A DNA stretch of 64,000 nt from Paraspadella gotoi (lineage: Eukaryota; Animalia; Chaetognatha), in contig CM119270.1 of assembly GCA_051294375.1 (NCBI GenBank), positions 18,397,267 to 18,461,266 on the forward strand. Reading direction: 5' to 3'. The stretch's first letter is position 1; each line of letters begins with the position of its first letter. Position numbers and translations under genes: made by a program. Positions 1 through 12,200 of this stretch are shown one piece after another. A model generated the notes under the pieces. The model did not search any database. It was not told the DNA's origin and saw only the letters and a program-made list of their open reading frames with translations.

Positions 1-509
1 GCCACGAGGTGGCGTGAGACTCGGCTCCTCGGGCGCGAACCGTCATCTCCAAGTTGCGGATCTCGACCTGGTTCGTTGACAAATTCAAAATTTCAAATAA
101 ACCTCATAGTTCGATTAATCTTTGAATCATACTAAACTAGGTTTTATTCTACCAATTATATAAAGATGTTTAAAAATTTAAAGGAAGCCTCCCTAGCCCG
201 ACAATAACATATTCGGTTCAATTGTCCTCTCAACCAATGACACGCCAATGACCCAGCCCCATCGCCCGAGCCTCTCATTTGTCCAAACCAAGGGGGGCCA
301 GCTCACTTTGAGCTCTTTCTTAATTCTTAATTTCTAACTTTATTAACAATTCTTTACACTAAATGTATCTTCTCACTTTCACATTTCATTTTCACCTTCA
401 CTTATTTATTTATTAAATAGTTAATTGTTAATAACAGTTTAAAAACTTTATTTGTTGTACATTTGAAATGTAATATTATTTTCTCTCTCCCTGTCTCTCT
501 CTCTCTCCC

Positions 510-571
<62 letters not shown>

Positions 572-1055
572 TTCACACAAAAAACTGTACAAATTTTCAC
601 AAATCATTGACGCTGAAGAAGGCTTGCATCCAAAGCCGAAACATGTACGTTTTCTATGATAAAATAAAATTCGTTGTGAAACAAAAATCATTTTGCCCAA
701 ATACATACAACAACGAAAAAGAAAGGTTATTACTACTACTAAAAATTTAAACATAAAAGACACTTCCCCTTACCGTGGTGTTGTTCTCCATTAATGAACT
801 CCATGGGATAACGATGACTATCTCCCCGACGAACCCGTCCACCAACTCGAGCGGCGACTTGAGACTCTTCAACGTCTCGTTGACGGAATCGATATCCAGC
901 TGAACGTCCTTGATCTCCCCGCGCCCATCGTAGATGTCCAGACTCAGCTGGTCCAGCGTCAGCTTCTCTTTTAAGAAGTGACCCATGTAGTGTTGAAGGA
1001 TGTAGCGACAGGCGCGCTTCTTGATCGATTCCGACCAAGGAAAGTACCAAGGCAT
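1..1055 (-). CDS. ATG2: Autophagy protein ATG2, 5' part (exons 1055-774 and 67-<1; gene continues beyond the window start)
   Basis: Exon 1 reads MPWYFPWSESIKKRACRYILQHYMGHFLKEKLTLDQLSLDIYDGRG, the Chorein_N start typical of metazoan ATG2A/B. GTAAG donor at 773 and CAG acceptor at 70-68 join in phase 0 to VEIRNLEMTVRARG. Confidence 0.93.
590..740 (+). mobile_element. Penelope-like element pseudo-LTR remnant in ATG2 intron 1
   Basis: Closely similar to 18190-18298 (gccgaaacatgtacg...aaattcgttgtgaa...aacaacgaaaaa...gaaaggtt) and contains a minimal hammerhead motif typical of Penelope pseudo-LTRs. Confidence 0.6.
609..651 (+). ncRNA. Minimal type I hammerhead ribozyme motif
   Basis: gacg-CTGAAGA-a-GGCTT(gcatcca)AAGCC-GAAAC-ATGTA-cgtt: core CUGANGA/GAAA, stem II GGCTT/AAGCC, stem I gacg/cgtt, palindromic ACATGT, GUA cleavage triplet. 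Confidence 0.7.
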
Positions 1056-1805
1056 TTTTTTAGGTTTTTGGTTGTTTTTTTTTATATTATCGATAATGTA
1101 TTGTTTAGTATTTCCAGTGTTTTTTCAGGAATTGACGCGGGATGGTATTTCGGTTGAGCAGGGTTTTTCTTTTAAACTTCTTTTTTATCTTGAGCTTGAT
1201 TGTTTTTTGTCCAATTTTTCCTCATTTTTTCTTTCGTCGCCTCCCGTCAACGGCTCCGTCTCGCGTGATCATAGTTACCCCGTCGTCGAGCTTTATAAAT
1301 TTATTGCCACTAAACGAAATATAATGCTTGGTAAATAGAACAACGATGTAAACGAACAAGCGAACGAGCGGTATATAATACTTTTACAACCATTTATTTA
1401 TGCGTCTTGGATAAAGATTCTTGTTCGAGAGCTTTTTTGACTAGATATACGCACATAATTCGAACGAATGTATCGATTAAACTTACTACCGCGCATTATA
1501 AAAGCGTATCTATATAGTAAATTTAATACAAAATTAATTTGTTCATTTTCCCTTGGAAAATTTTCCCCGGAAAAGTAAGTAATAAATAAAAATAATTTTC
1601 CCCGGCTCGACAAAAACACCGAACGGACCATGAAGGTCTTTCCCAAATAATTAATAATTTCCCCAAATACTTAATTTTTCAAAGAGTGACGGTCACTGTA
1701 AAATGTGAAAAGCTACAAGGAGAGGTCTACAAAGCGCGATGAAAAGCTTAAGAAACTTTCCAAGTAATTACCTCCGCCACTAATGTCACCGCTATCACAA
1801 CACTA

Positions 1806-4800
1806 TCACAGATCAAAACTCGCCACGAGTTCCGAGAATGGACTCACGTCCCTTCTCTCGGCGAAAGCGCGTTGAAAGGCGTCCTTGTCTGCCGGCGCCA
1901 GGCCAGAGTGAAAGCTCAGCGCCGAAACGACGAAAAGTCGCTTGTCCACGGCTTCGCCGAGACCCATTCGATCAACGACGAAGGGAAAAAGGCGCCGCGT
2001 CCAGGGATTCGCGGAAGCGGCGACGAAGCAGCAGGTCATCGACCAGGCAGCCATCGTCGGCGGCGTCCGCTGGACGAAGTTACTTAGCGACAGCATGACC
2101 CAATCCTCGACAACGCTCGCCCGACCCTCGGCGATGAGAGCGGAGAAGACTCCGAAAATGACGCGGGCGAGAAGCTGTGGGTGTGGCTGTTGGTTGGAGA
2201 GGAACTCCCCTATCAGCTTGTTCATCACGTCCTGTGGCAGGAAAAAGTCTCGGAGGAAGCGCGGCAGTGCAGCTGCGAGGCAGTTGGCTTCGTCGGCGTA
2301 GCCTTTGCGAATTCGATCGAACAGCAGCGCCGCTTTCTCCATGGCGGCGACGAGTGACTCGGGATCGGAGCTCTGCATGTGCGAAGGAACGGCCGGGTTG
2401 AGGGGCGTGCCAACGCCGTGAGAGGACGACTCGGTCGAGTCCGCGACGCCGGACGAAGATTCGTCGATGGAACTCGGCGGCGTGGAGCTGGTGACGGCGC
2501 TGTCAGCGGCGTCGTCGAAAACTTGGAGGCTTTGGTCGCTGTACATGCTGGTGATCATGAGCGCGATGGCTGCGAGAGCACGGCGCGGCGAGGAAGCGAA
2601 GAAGGTCGACTTTTCTACGGAGAGAAGGGTGAGGGTCTCGCGTCCCTCGCGGCCGAGACGAACGCCTGCGGGGTCGTCCTCGGCGTCATGCAGCAGCAGA
2701 CGCTCCAGGCCGCGGACGAGGCCGCGAAAGATGGGCCACGGCGTCATCTCTTCGCTGCCGGAAACGTGGGAGGCGGCGACCGAGAGAACGCGAGCGACGA
2801 AGTTGTTTGCGCCGCCACCTGCGGGTTCGCCCCTCGCCAGCGCCGGAAAGGCTTCGATGATAAAGAGCGCCAGGCTCCACATGACCAAAATGTATTGAGA
2901 AGAGGTGATTGTCATGGCCGTCACGGCGCCGAGATATTTGACGAGGTAATCCAGCACCGTCATCACGAAGAGCTTCGAGACTTCCGCGTCGCCGGCTTCG
3001 AGGACGTAGAGAACTCCATAAAGGGAGGAGATTTTCGAAGGGAGGTGAGTACCCTAGGTGGTGGGAGATGGGGTCATTTACTTTATGTACTTTATATGTT
3101 AGGGTGCAAGAGTTTGTTCCTGACATATATCAGGCCCAAAGTCCAAAAAAAAGTTTTATAGATCAGACCTTGAGCGTGACTTCCACAATTTTGCTAAGTC
3201 TCTCCCCATTGGCTGGGTCGAGACCAATGACGGCGCCAGATTTGCAGAGACCCAGTACCGCATACTGCATGACCATCTCGTCGTCAGAGGAGTGCTTCCG
3301 AATCAACTCCCACAGAACTTCGTGCATCCAGTCGAACTGAGTTCGCTCCGTGAATACATCTGACAAAACGGCGATCGAACGGACGATTTCCCTGAAAGAA
3401 AAAAGAAAATATTTTTTATTTAAAAAAATATTTTAAAAATTTATCTGCGAACTCTCGTCGTCAACAACCCTTTTTTTCTTTCGACACTCACCTGAGAAAG
3501 GACAATGGCGTCCTCGGTGCCCCGGACGGCGGCAGCAGCCACTGCGAATACAATTCCAAGAGAAACTGGATGCACGAGTGGACGTCGAGTGCGTTTCTCA
3601 TGGAGGAGCGTTGCAGTTGGGAGGGAATCGACTTGGATCGAAGCGAGGCCACGGGGCTGGAGGCGTCGAGGCTGGATTCGAGTGTCGAGGTGGTTGGCGT
3701 CGTCGCCGTCGTCGTCGACGACAGCGGCGGAGCGAATTCCGAGATGCTCGACGCCGTCGTCTCAGTCGTCTCAGTCGTTTCGCCGGTGGCGCCGCCGCTG
3801 CTTTCTTCTCCAGCGCTGGAAACATCGGACAACATGCCCGTCAACAGCCACATGGACTCGACGGACATTTGTCCGAGGCCGTAACCTCTCGTCACGCCCC
3901 CGTGACGGTCGAGGTTCCCTAGTTCGAAACCGGAATTGGACTGTCGAGACGAGTCGTCGGCGAATGATTCGTCGTCCTCTTCATCGGTCGGGGCCGGCCG
4001 GCGCCTCTCTCCGTCGATTAACCATCGCTCAACGACGGCGCGAATTTTGCTCAATTTTACGCCACGCCTGTCCGCCTCGTTCTCCAGCGAAGGCAGAGAG
4101 CGATACCGCGATTTGTGCTCAAAGGCGGAGTGAACGGGGTCGCCGGAAACGGGCGTCAGGGTGGAATGAAGCAGCAGAGTCGTGATAGCCTCCACCGCCA
4201 TCACGGAAATCTTCGTCCGCTCCATCTCGTCCTCTTCGGCGACATCTTCCACCGCGGGGGCGTTGAGGACGCTGAGGAGGAACATCCACGTTTCTTCGAA
4301 TTGTTGGCGCGAGGACCAACCAAATTCGTTGATGCGACTCAGATGCTGCAGCAGCACTTCCTTCTCCTGGAAAAAGTCCAGCGGCAGTTGAGACGGGATG
4401 GCAGAAGCATCGAAGGGCCGCCCATCGTCGAAGGGGTTCCACCCGAGCTTCCACAGCAGAGGAGGAACGCGGACAAAGGCGTTGAGCGGGCGGAGTCGGC
4501 AGAGGCTCAGTATGCAAGTGCGCAGCGAGGTGGCGAGACTCGGCGGCAATCGGCGGCGGAAATCGGGGCGGCCCGTGTATTCGTAAAGGGAGGAGAGACG
4601 CCGGCAGACGAGGAAGGCGTCCGAGGGACGAGCCGCTTCCGAATCGAGACAGGGCGACTCGCTCTCCGCCGGACTTTCTCCCGGCAAAACCGACAACGAC
4701 GAGGATATTTGGTGGAGGCAGAGCACGGACGAGTGGAGCAGCGCCGGGCGTTTCTCTAAAACGCGCGTCAACTTGTCGACGCCGCAGAGAGCGGAAAACG

Positions 4801-6175
4801 CCGTCAGGACAGAGCGGATCTGTTCCGTCGTCAGCGGCTGATTATGTTGAAGGGACCAGAACAAAAACTCGAGGGCGGCAACGACGCAGAGGACGACGTC
4901 GGAGGCGACGGCAGCGAAGTGAACGCGTCGTCCTCCAACACCAGAAACGCGCGACAAATAGACTCCCATTGCGTCCGCGAGATGCATGAGAGCGTCTGTC
5001 CAGTTGGCGTCACGAAATAACTCGTGCGTCGCCCGTTTGGCGTCTCTCTCTTCTGGCGAGAGTCTTTCTCGGTTAAAGAGGACAGAGTAGGGCGGGGAAT
5101 CGGAAGGATACATTCGGGCGACGTTGGTCGCGTGGGCGGAGAGGGCCTCGGCCGTGGCATCAAAGAGCACCCTCCATTGACCGTCGAGATGTCTGTCTGA
5201 GTGACCCAGACTCGCCTTGAAACATTCCGTCAAGTAGCGGAGTTCAAATTCGCGCGACATCATGAGCTCGGCGATGTCGTGATGACCGAGGTGGCGCAGC
5301 ATGGCACCGGCCACGCCCTCCGTCGCGTTCCCGGAGCAAATTTCCTTGAGGATGGAGAGAAAAGCGGAGGCATCGGGGTCGGCGGCGAGGCCGGAGAAAG
5401 TCCAACCCGGAGGAGCGGGGTCGGCGTCGGAATCGTCGTCCTCGTCGTCCGTCGCCAGCGTCTTCCTCAAGAGCACCAGCAGCGACCACAAGTGCGAGTG
5501 TTTCTTGATCAAGCTCTTCTCCCTCATGTGCTCCTCTAGCTTCCTCAAATCCCCCGCTGTGATTCTGAGGCTCTCCGAGGCCGAGCTGGCTTGGGCCAGA
5601 AGAATCTCCGCCCGGGATGTGGCCATCTTGGCGCAGACTCGGGCCAGGGCGGCGCGGTGGGTGGAAAGGAATTTGGTCACGAGGATAGAGAGTAAAGTTC
5701 CGCTTTCGGACGCTGGGACGGCAGACAAAACCTAAAGAAAATTTGAGAATTTTATGAAATAAATATTCATAAATTTTCGGTGATAAAAAAATTAGGTTTA
5801 GATTTTGAGTTACTAACTCAGTTAGCAATCAACCCCGACGGCCCTGGGTAACTTAAAAATTAAGCCTATATTGTGGCGAATCCTAAATTCGCCTCCCGTA
5901 GAGCTTGTTGAAAATCAGCTCGTCCCATTGGCTTGGACAGCTAAGTACTCGTTCACCAACCGTGAGTTCCGGGTTCAATCCCCTCACGGTCACGCTGGTT
6001 AAAGTGCGATGGTGTCGGCATAAACACGCCAGTGACATGGGGTGGTCACTGCAGGTCCAAAGCCCTGAGCGCCAGCTGTCGGAAGATACCTCACACCCTG
6101 GGCATCGCACATGTCCCCCCGTTGCCATAATATCGTAAAATTCGAACATTAGAATTTTATTTCCATCGAAATTGG

Positions 6176-6214
<39 letters not shown>

Positions 6215-9200
6215 AGAGAGAGAAAGAGATTGAACGTTCGTCATAACACAAATTTTTAAAAAATTGGACTCGCCTTCAGCGCGTTTAACGTCGCGGCCGA
6301 GCTCTTCTTCTCTCCCGCCTCGAACCGCGAGTCGAAGGCCCGCAGGACGAGATTCGCCGAAGTCGGGTTGGCGAAGAGACGATGGAAGAACTCGCGGACG
6401 AGGGGTTCCGTCGAGTATGAATCGAGGAGATCGTCGAGGTGGTTGACCAGCAACCAAGTGGCGCACTCGGCGTCGTCGAAGAACCGATTCACGAAGTCGC
6501 AGAGGACGATCACCGTTTCCTTCTTCACGATCTCCAGGTGAGGATGCGTTCGAGACTCGCGAGAGATGGCGGAAACGTCGGCGCACGACTCCCCCGCCGG
6601 AGACGGCGTCCGGTAGATCGTCTCTCCGCCCGTCAGCGTCAACGCGCCCCATAATTCCAGGTCGCTCCAGCCGAGGCGAGTGAGAAGATTGGCCCAGAGC
6701 GAGGGCAATATCGGGTAAAAAGAGGCCATATCGCGGAAGCAATCGTTGATACGGGAGAGCTTCATCAGGCCACGCAGGCCAACATCCTCCTCCTTGTGCC
6801 GCACGATGAGAGCGAGGGCGTTGACGGTGTGCTTGAAGGATCCCACTTCGCACATGTAGATGACGTGGAGGAGCACGTGGGCGATCTGGTGCGAGAGGAA
6901 ATCCGAATCGCCATCGTCGTCTTCGGCGGAGGGTGGGCGGGCGAAGGCGGAGAGATGGAGCTCTTTGATGGAAGTGCCGATGATTTGGAGAAGCTGCGCG
7001 GCGAGGGCGTGCTCGGGAACGGAGAAGGAAAGCGACAAAGAAGGGAGCGCGCTGTCAGTTTTATCAGTGTCGGTCGAGGAAAATCGCTCGTCGTCGTCGT
7101 CGTCGTCTTTTTCTTCGTCTTTCTCCGCCTCTTCCTTCTTGGCGACATCGACTTGGGAAGACGACGCCAGAGGCTCGTCGAAGCACGCCACGTCGGCGAC
7201 ATCAGGAACGGAGACCATCATCATGTAGGAGCCGAGACTTATTTCCAGCGCCAATTCCTTGATTCTCGCCAGCACCACTTCTTCTTCCATCTGCGCCAAC
7301 TGGCGGATCACGATTAGCACTAAATTGATCCACCTTATCATTCGCGAGTTGTTGCCGGGAATTCCGACGCCGCCAAAACCTATTCCGGCACCGACGTCCG
7401 ATCCTCCGGCGCCCAAGACGCTCGTCGAGGCGTCGCGCGGCGTTTCGGAGAAATCCCCGTGCCGGGCGAAAGGCGAGGAGAGCGCGCGCAGTAGATCGTC
7501 CAGGGGTCGGAAGACTGAAGTGTGTAGGGACTCAAGCAGGCGGTGGAAAACGTCGAGCGTCTCGCGCGTCCCAACGACCAGCTCCTGCGCCAGCGGGAGG
7601 ACATTGTCTATGATGAGGCGGGAAGAGCGGCGCCACCGCTCTTCGCTTTCCGCGCGTGCTTGCTGAACCACAACTATCAGCATCTCCAGAACGGGAGGAT
7701 GGGTCACGATGCGAAACAGCATGCTGACGACGTACTCTCGCTGAGTGTCCAACTCGCGCGCCTCCTCCTCCTTGGTCGTCTTGCGGACGACGAAGAGATC
7801 GTTGACGATCGGCTGCAGCGCCGGGATGGCATGGGTGGTGGGATCTTGTCCAGAGGCCATGAGCTCGTCGCAGAGTTGGATCACCCTCGCCATGGTGATG
7901 ATGGATTTGGAATGATATTTTTCGTAGGAGAGAAGGACGAGGAACTGAAAAATGTGGGGAACTAGATTGGCAGAGGAAGATAACAATCCCGTCGGAATCT
8001 GGCCCTCTTGCACGAACTCGAACTGCTTGAGCACAAAGTTGATGAAAATCTGGTCAGAGTCGAGGAGACAATAGTTGACTCTCAGCTGGACGAGCTGAGC
8101 CAGGAGGTCCAACACTTGGCACTGTAGCGCCGCGTTCGAGGTGACGGTGTATTGCTTGAGGGACTTGATGACGAGCGGTTCGAAGAGCCGGATGTAAGAG
8201 GCTATGGCGGACTTATCAACTTTAGATCCGGGTTTGAGGATGGCGGGAATTTTTCGCACGGCGCGGAGTTGCATCCAAGCGCAGTAGTTGCGGGAGTAAG
8301 GGGAGGCTCGGGAGGAGGGAGAGTCGGTTTCCGGTTTGGGACGAAGTCGATGAGATAGAGAATTGACGGCGTTGGCGACGACGGAAGAATGGAAGGAGGC
8401 GGGCGACGTCGAGCGAGATTTGGAGGAACCTGAGAGATTTTTTTTTTGTTGAATATTTCGTTAGAGTAAGATTCCTACTAAATAATGCAGTAAGCAAATT
8501 AATGAAAAAAAAAAAAAAAAAAAACCGCTTACCGCTTTGTTCGGAAAAAGCCGCGGCCGCTTGCAGAACTTGTTCAGAGTGCGATGCGAAGTTGGTTCCA
8601 AAAAGTGCCTTCAACAATTGCTGGACGCATTCAACGGAGCGCTTGGGCTGCGATAGGAGAGTCGTTTTTAGGTAATCGAGCATCTCCTCGGCGTGGGTAC
8701 CGATCTCTTGGAGAGAGGCAACCTCGAGAAGTTGGCCGAGTACTTTAAGGACGCAGGAAAGGAAAGAGTTGAACTTGTCCTTCCCATGGAGAGAGTCGAG
8801 GGAAAGCCTAAGGGAAGAGGGAAATTGTTTGTACCAAACTTTGAAACAAAATTTAATATAAAATTATCTCGAAATATATTTTTATTCAATATTATTTCAA
8901 AAACCTCACTTGCAATTAGAGTAAGCGGCCTTCAACACGTCATACAGTTTCATGTAGTGAGAATTTTGATGAAACATTCCCAACTGCCTCTCTGGCTTGA
9001 CGGGGCCTCCCTTTCCCCCCTTCTCGCCGCCGCCTTTTCCGCCCTTTTCGGCGTTCTGCTTATCCGGCGCCGTTTCGACGACATTCACCGCCGCAGCGGC
9101 GTCATCCTTCTTTGAGGCGGCGGCGCGTTTTTTCATCGGGCTCGAGATGGAAGGGGCGTTGGGCATCGAAGGAAGAGAGGGGCGGTTGGGCGGAGCGGGA

Positions 9201-12200
9201 GGAGGACCCGGCGTTGCACCCTCCAACACATGGACGACGACGTTGAGGCATTTGGCCACGTGAGTCAGTAAATCCTCCACAAGAGGAACGAGGTTCCTGT
9301 CGGCGACGACGGCCCATTTGGTCTCCGAATCGAGGGAGGCGGCGCTGGAATCCGCGTCCTCGGCGCCGTCTTCCTCTTTCCTCGCCTCTCCGCTCTTTCC
9401 CTGTCCACCCTTCGCCGAACCGTATATCGTCCCCGCCACTAAGTTGCCAGCCAAGAGAAGGGCGTCCTGGTGGACGTTCAAATCGAGGGAGACGACGGTA
9501 TTTCGGACGAGGGTGAGAAAGAACTGCAGCGGTCCCGATCCTGAGGTGAGACGCGAGCCCAGTTGGGAGAAGAGCTCCCTGTCCCAATTGATGTTGCTCC
9601 AGGATCCGCTGACGACGCCGCGACCTCGTTGAGTCCGCGAAGAGGGCGTGGGTTCGTCTTCGTGGATGTCGCCGTCAAAACGGACGCCGAGAGTCCACGC
9701 CACGTTGTACACGGGAGTTGGGTAAATCTCGGCCAAGAGACGGAGAGCCTGGACATGGAAAAGGAGATTTAAAAGTTGTTTTTAAAACCGTTTAAAAGTT
9801 ATAATCAAATTTCATTTTCTTTGTATATATCTCTCTCTTTCTCTCATTTCAAATTTCATTTCAAATCAAATGTCATTTTCTCTCTCTGTCTCTCTCTTAT
9901 CCACTTGACAAGCCCCGGCAATGGCGTGGCGAGACGAGGCGGCGGACTTAAGGCGTTGAACTAGTTTAGGAATGAGGCGACTAAGATTTGACTCGACGAT
10001 GGCAACAAAGGGCGTCGCCGCAGCGTGGTAAGGGAAGGCTGTTCCGTGTAGCAGCGGAGGCAGCGGAAGAAGCCTAATTTTTAATTAAGTTATTAATGTC
10101 AGTTCCAGGGATTCTTCAAAAATTTAGGTTCAACATTTTTAATCTGACAATCTATTTGAGATAATCGATTCATCATCGTGATCTGTACCTGTCATGAGTC
10201 AGAGGCTCAAAGTGCCTCGCGCAAAGTCCCTCCGTCACCCGCAAGAGCGGCGTCTCTTCTTCCGACAGCGGGTGATATAACGTCGCCGCCATCTCGATGA
10301 GCGCCGTCGCCGCCGCCGACCTCACCCGCGGATCCTCGTCACGCGTCGAGTCGACGACGACTTCGAGAATGCGGTCCTGCGCCCGCAGCGCCCCGAGGAA
10401 TCGGTGGGCGCCGCGGGAAAGGGCCGGCACGGCGCCCTCGAGATGGCAAAGGGACGAGAAGTCGAGTTCCGAGAGAAGTTGGAGAAGCTCGACCTTGACG
10501 AGCCAATAGGGATGACGGGAGAGTTGGAGGCTGCGGAGGAGGAGATCCACCGCGGATTCGCTGCGTTTTAAAAAAAATAAGGAATCAGATTAAACGAGGA
10601 CAAGTTTTTCAAGTCTTGAACTTCACAAATCCCTCACAATTCACAATACCTGTGAAAGGATCTTAACAATTGCGGAAGGCACGTTCTCAGCGCGACTAGA
10701 CAAAGTCTCGTTGCGACGGAAGAGTCGTCCTTCAAGACGCGGGACAAAACGCCGACCAAAGATTCCGCCCCTCCTCTTCCTCCGCTCAATGGGGGGAGGC
10801 CCGCCGACGAAATCCCCCAATCTCCTTTGCCGGATGACAGACCGCTTCGGATCAGGTTTCCCAAAACGAGAGCGAGCTGGCCGCGGAGTTGCGGGTCGTG
10901 ATGCCGGGCAAAGGATAAGACGTCGGAAATCTTTTGACGAGGTTCAGCGGCGTCGACCGAGGAGTCGGTGATCTCCTTGAAGACGTCCAAACCGATGACT
11001 GAAGGGCGGAGCGCGACGGCGTGGGAAAGGCAATTGAGGGCGAGGGCTTTGACGGAAACTCGAACGTCTCGATCAGATCTGGAAGATATCAATGTTGTCA
11101 CATCAGCAAAATAGCTTCTCCGACCCTCTTCCGCCCGCCTTCCTTTCCTCACTAATGGCGATACGTTTTAGTTGTTGATTAAGGCGTAGTGAAAGTTGCT
11201 GATCAAAATTCATGAACAGTCTTGTACTAAAGAACCTTGATGTATAATTTTACATAGTACTTACCATAGAAAATGTCAAAATTTTAAAATAGTTTTTTTT
11301 TTTGTTTTGAAAGCAGATTCAAATTCCTCTTAAAAAGTTAATAAAAGAAAATATAAGTCTTAATCAAAAATTATTTCATTAAGTTAGCTAAAAATTAAAA
11401 AAACTATATTATTATATTATATTAAATTGTAAGTTAACTATAATAGTTTTTTAGGATTTTGACCCACTTAATGAAATAATTTTCTATAAAGAGTTATATT
11501 TCCTTCGAGGAATTCGAACCTGCTTTCAAAAATAAGAAAAAACATTTTAAAATTTTAACATTTTCTATGGTGAGTACTATGTATAAATATGGGCGTATGC
11601 GAAAATTTAAAAAAAATATATGATTTTTTTTTTAATTAAAAATGTTCACAGGTACAAGCCTACATGATCTACTATTCGAATTTTGATTAAACTTGATTTT
11701 AATATTTTCGCTATGCTTTATTGTTGATACTGGTCTTGATTTTATTTAGCGGAAATTCAAACTGTATAAAACTGTTTATTTGTAATATCATTAATCGTCA
11801 TCACTGTAATTCCATCTTATTTAGTATTTAGTAATATTGACAAAACGTCAGCGACATTAATGAGAAATTTGTTTAAGCTTGATTAATTTTAATTTTAAGT
11901 TTAATTAATTCGTGATGACCTTTTCCGTCCTTACCTAATGCTGCACTGAAATGATTAAAGCCGATACATCTCGAATTGAAGTAAGCTCATCAAATTTTCC
12001 AACCCGGCCCCAATTCAATATAAACTTCTTAAACCCGCCTTCCCCACCTGAGTCCCCCGCGACGCCCGACCAAGAGAATCTTCGACGCCAAGAGTCGCGC
12101 CACGAACTCGACGGGCGCCTGATCTTCATCGGTGATGGCGCCGATGGAGCCGTCGACGGGCTCGTCCGGCGCGGCGCTACCGGGAGACGCCGGGTGTTGA

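Noticed and set aside
5925-5990. tRNA gene suggested by GGGTTCAATCCC (also 51300-51365)
   Set aside because: No complete cloverleaf could be built. The motifs are embedded in repeats, so they are treated as tRNA-derived boxes.
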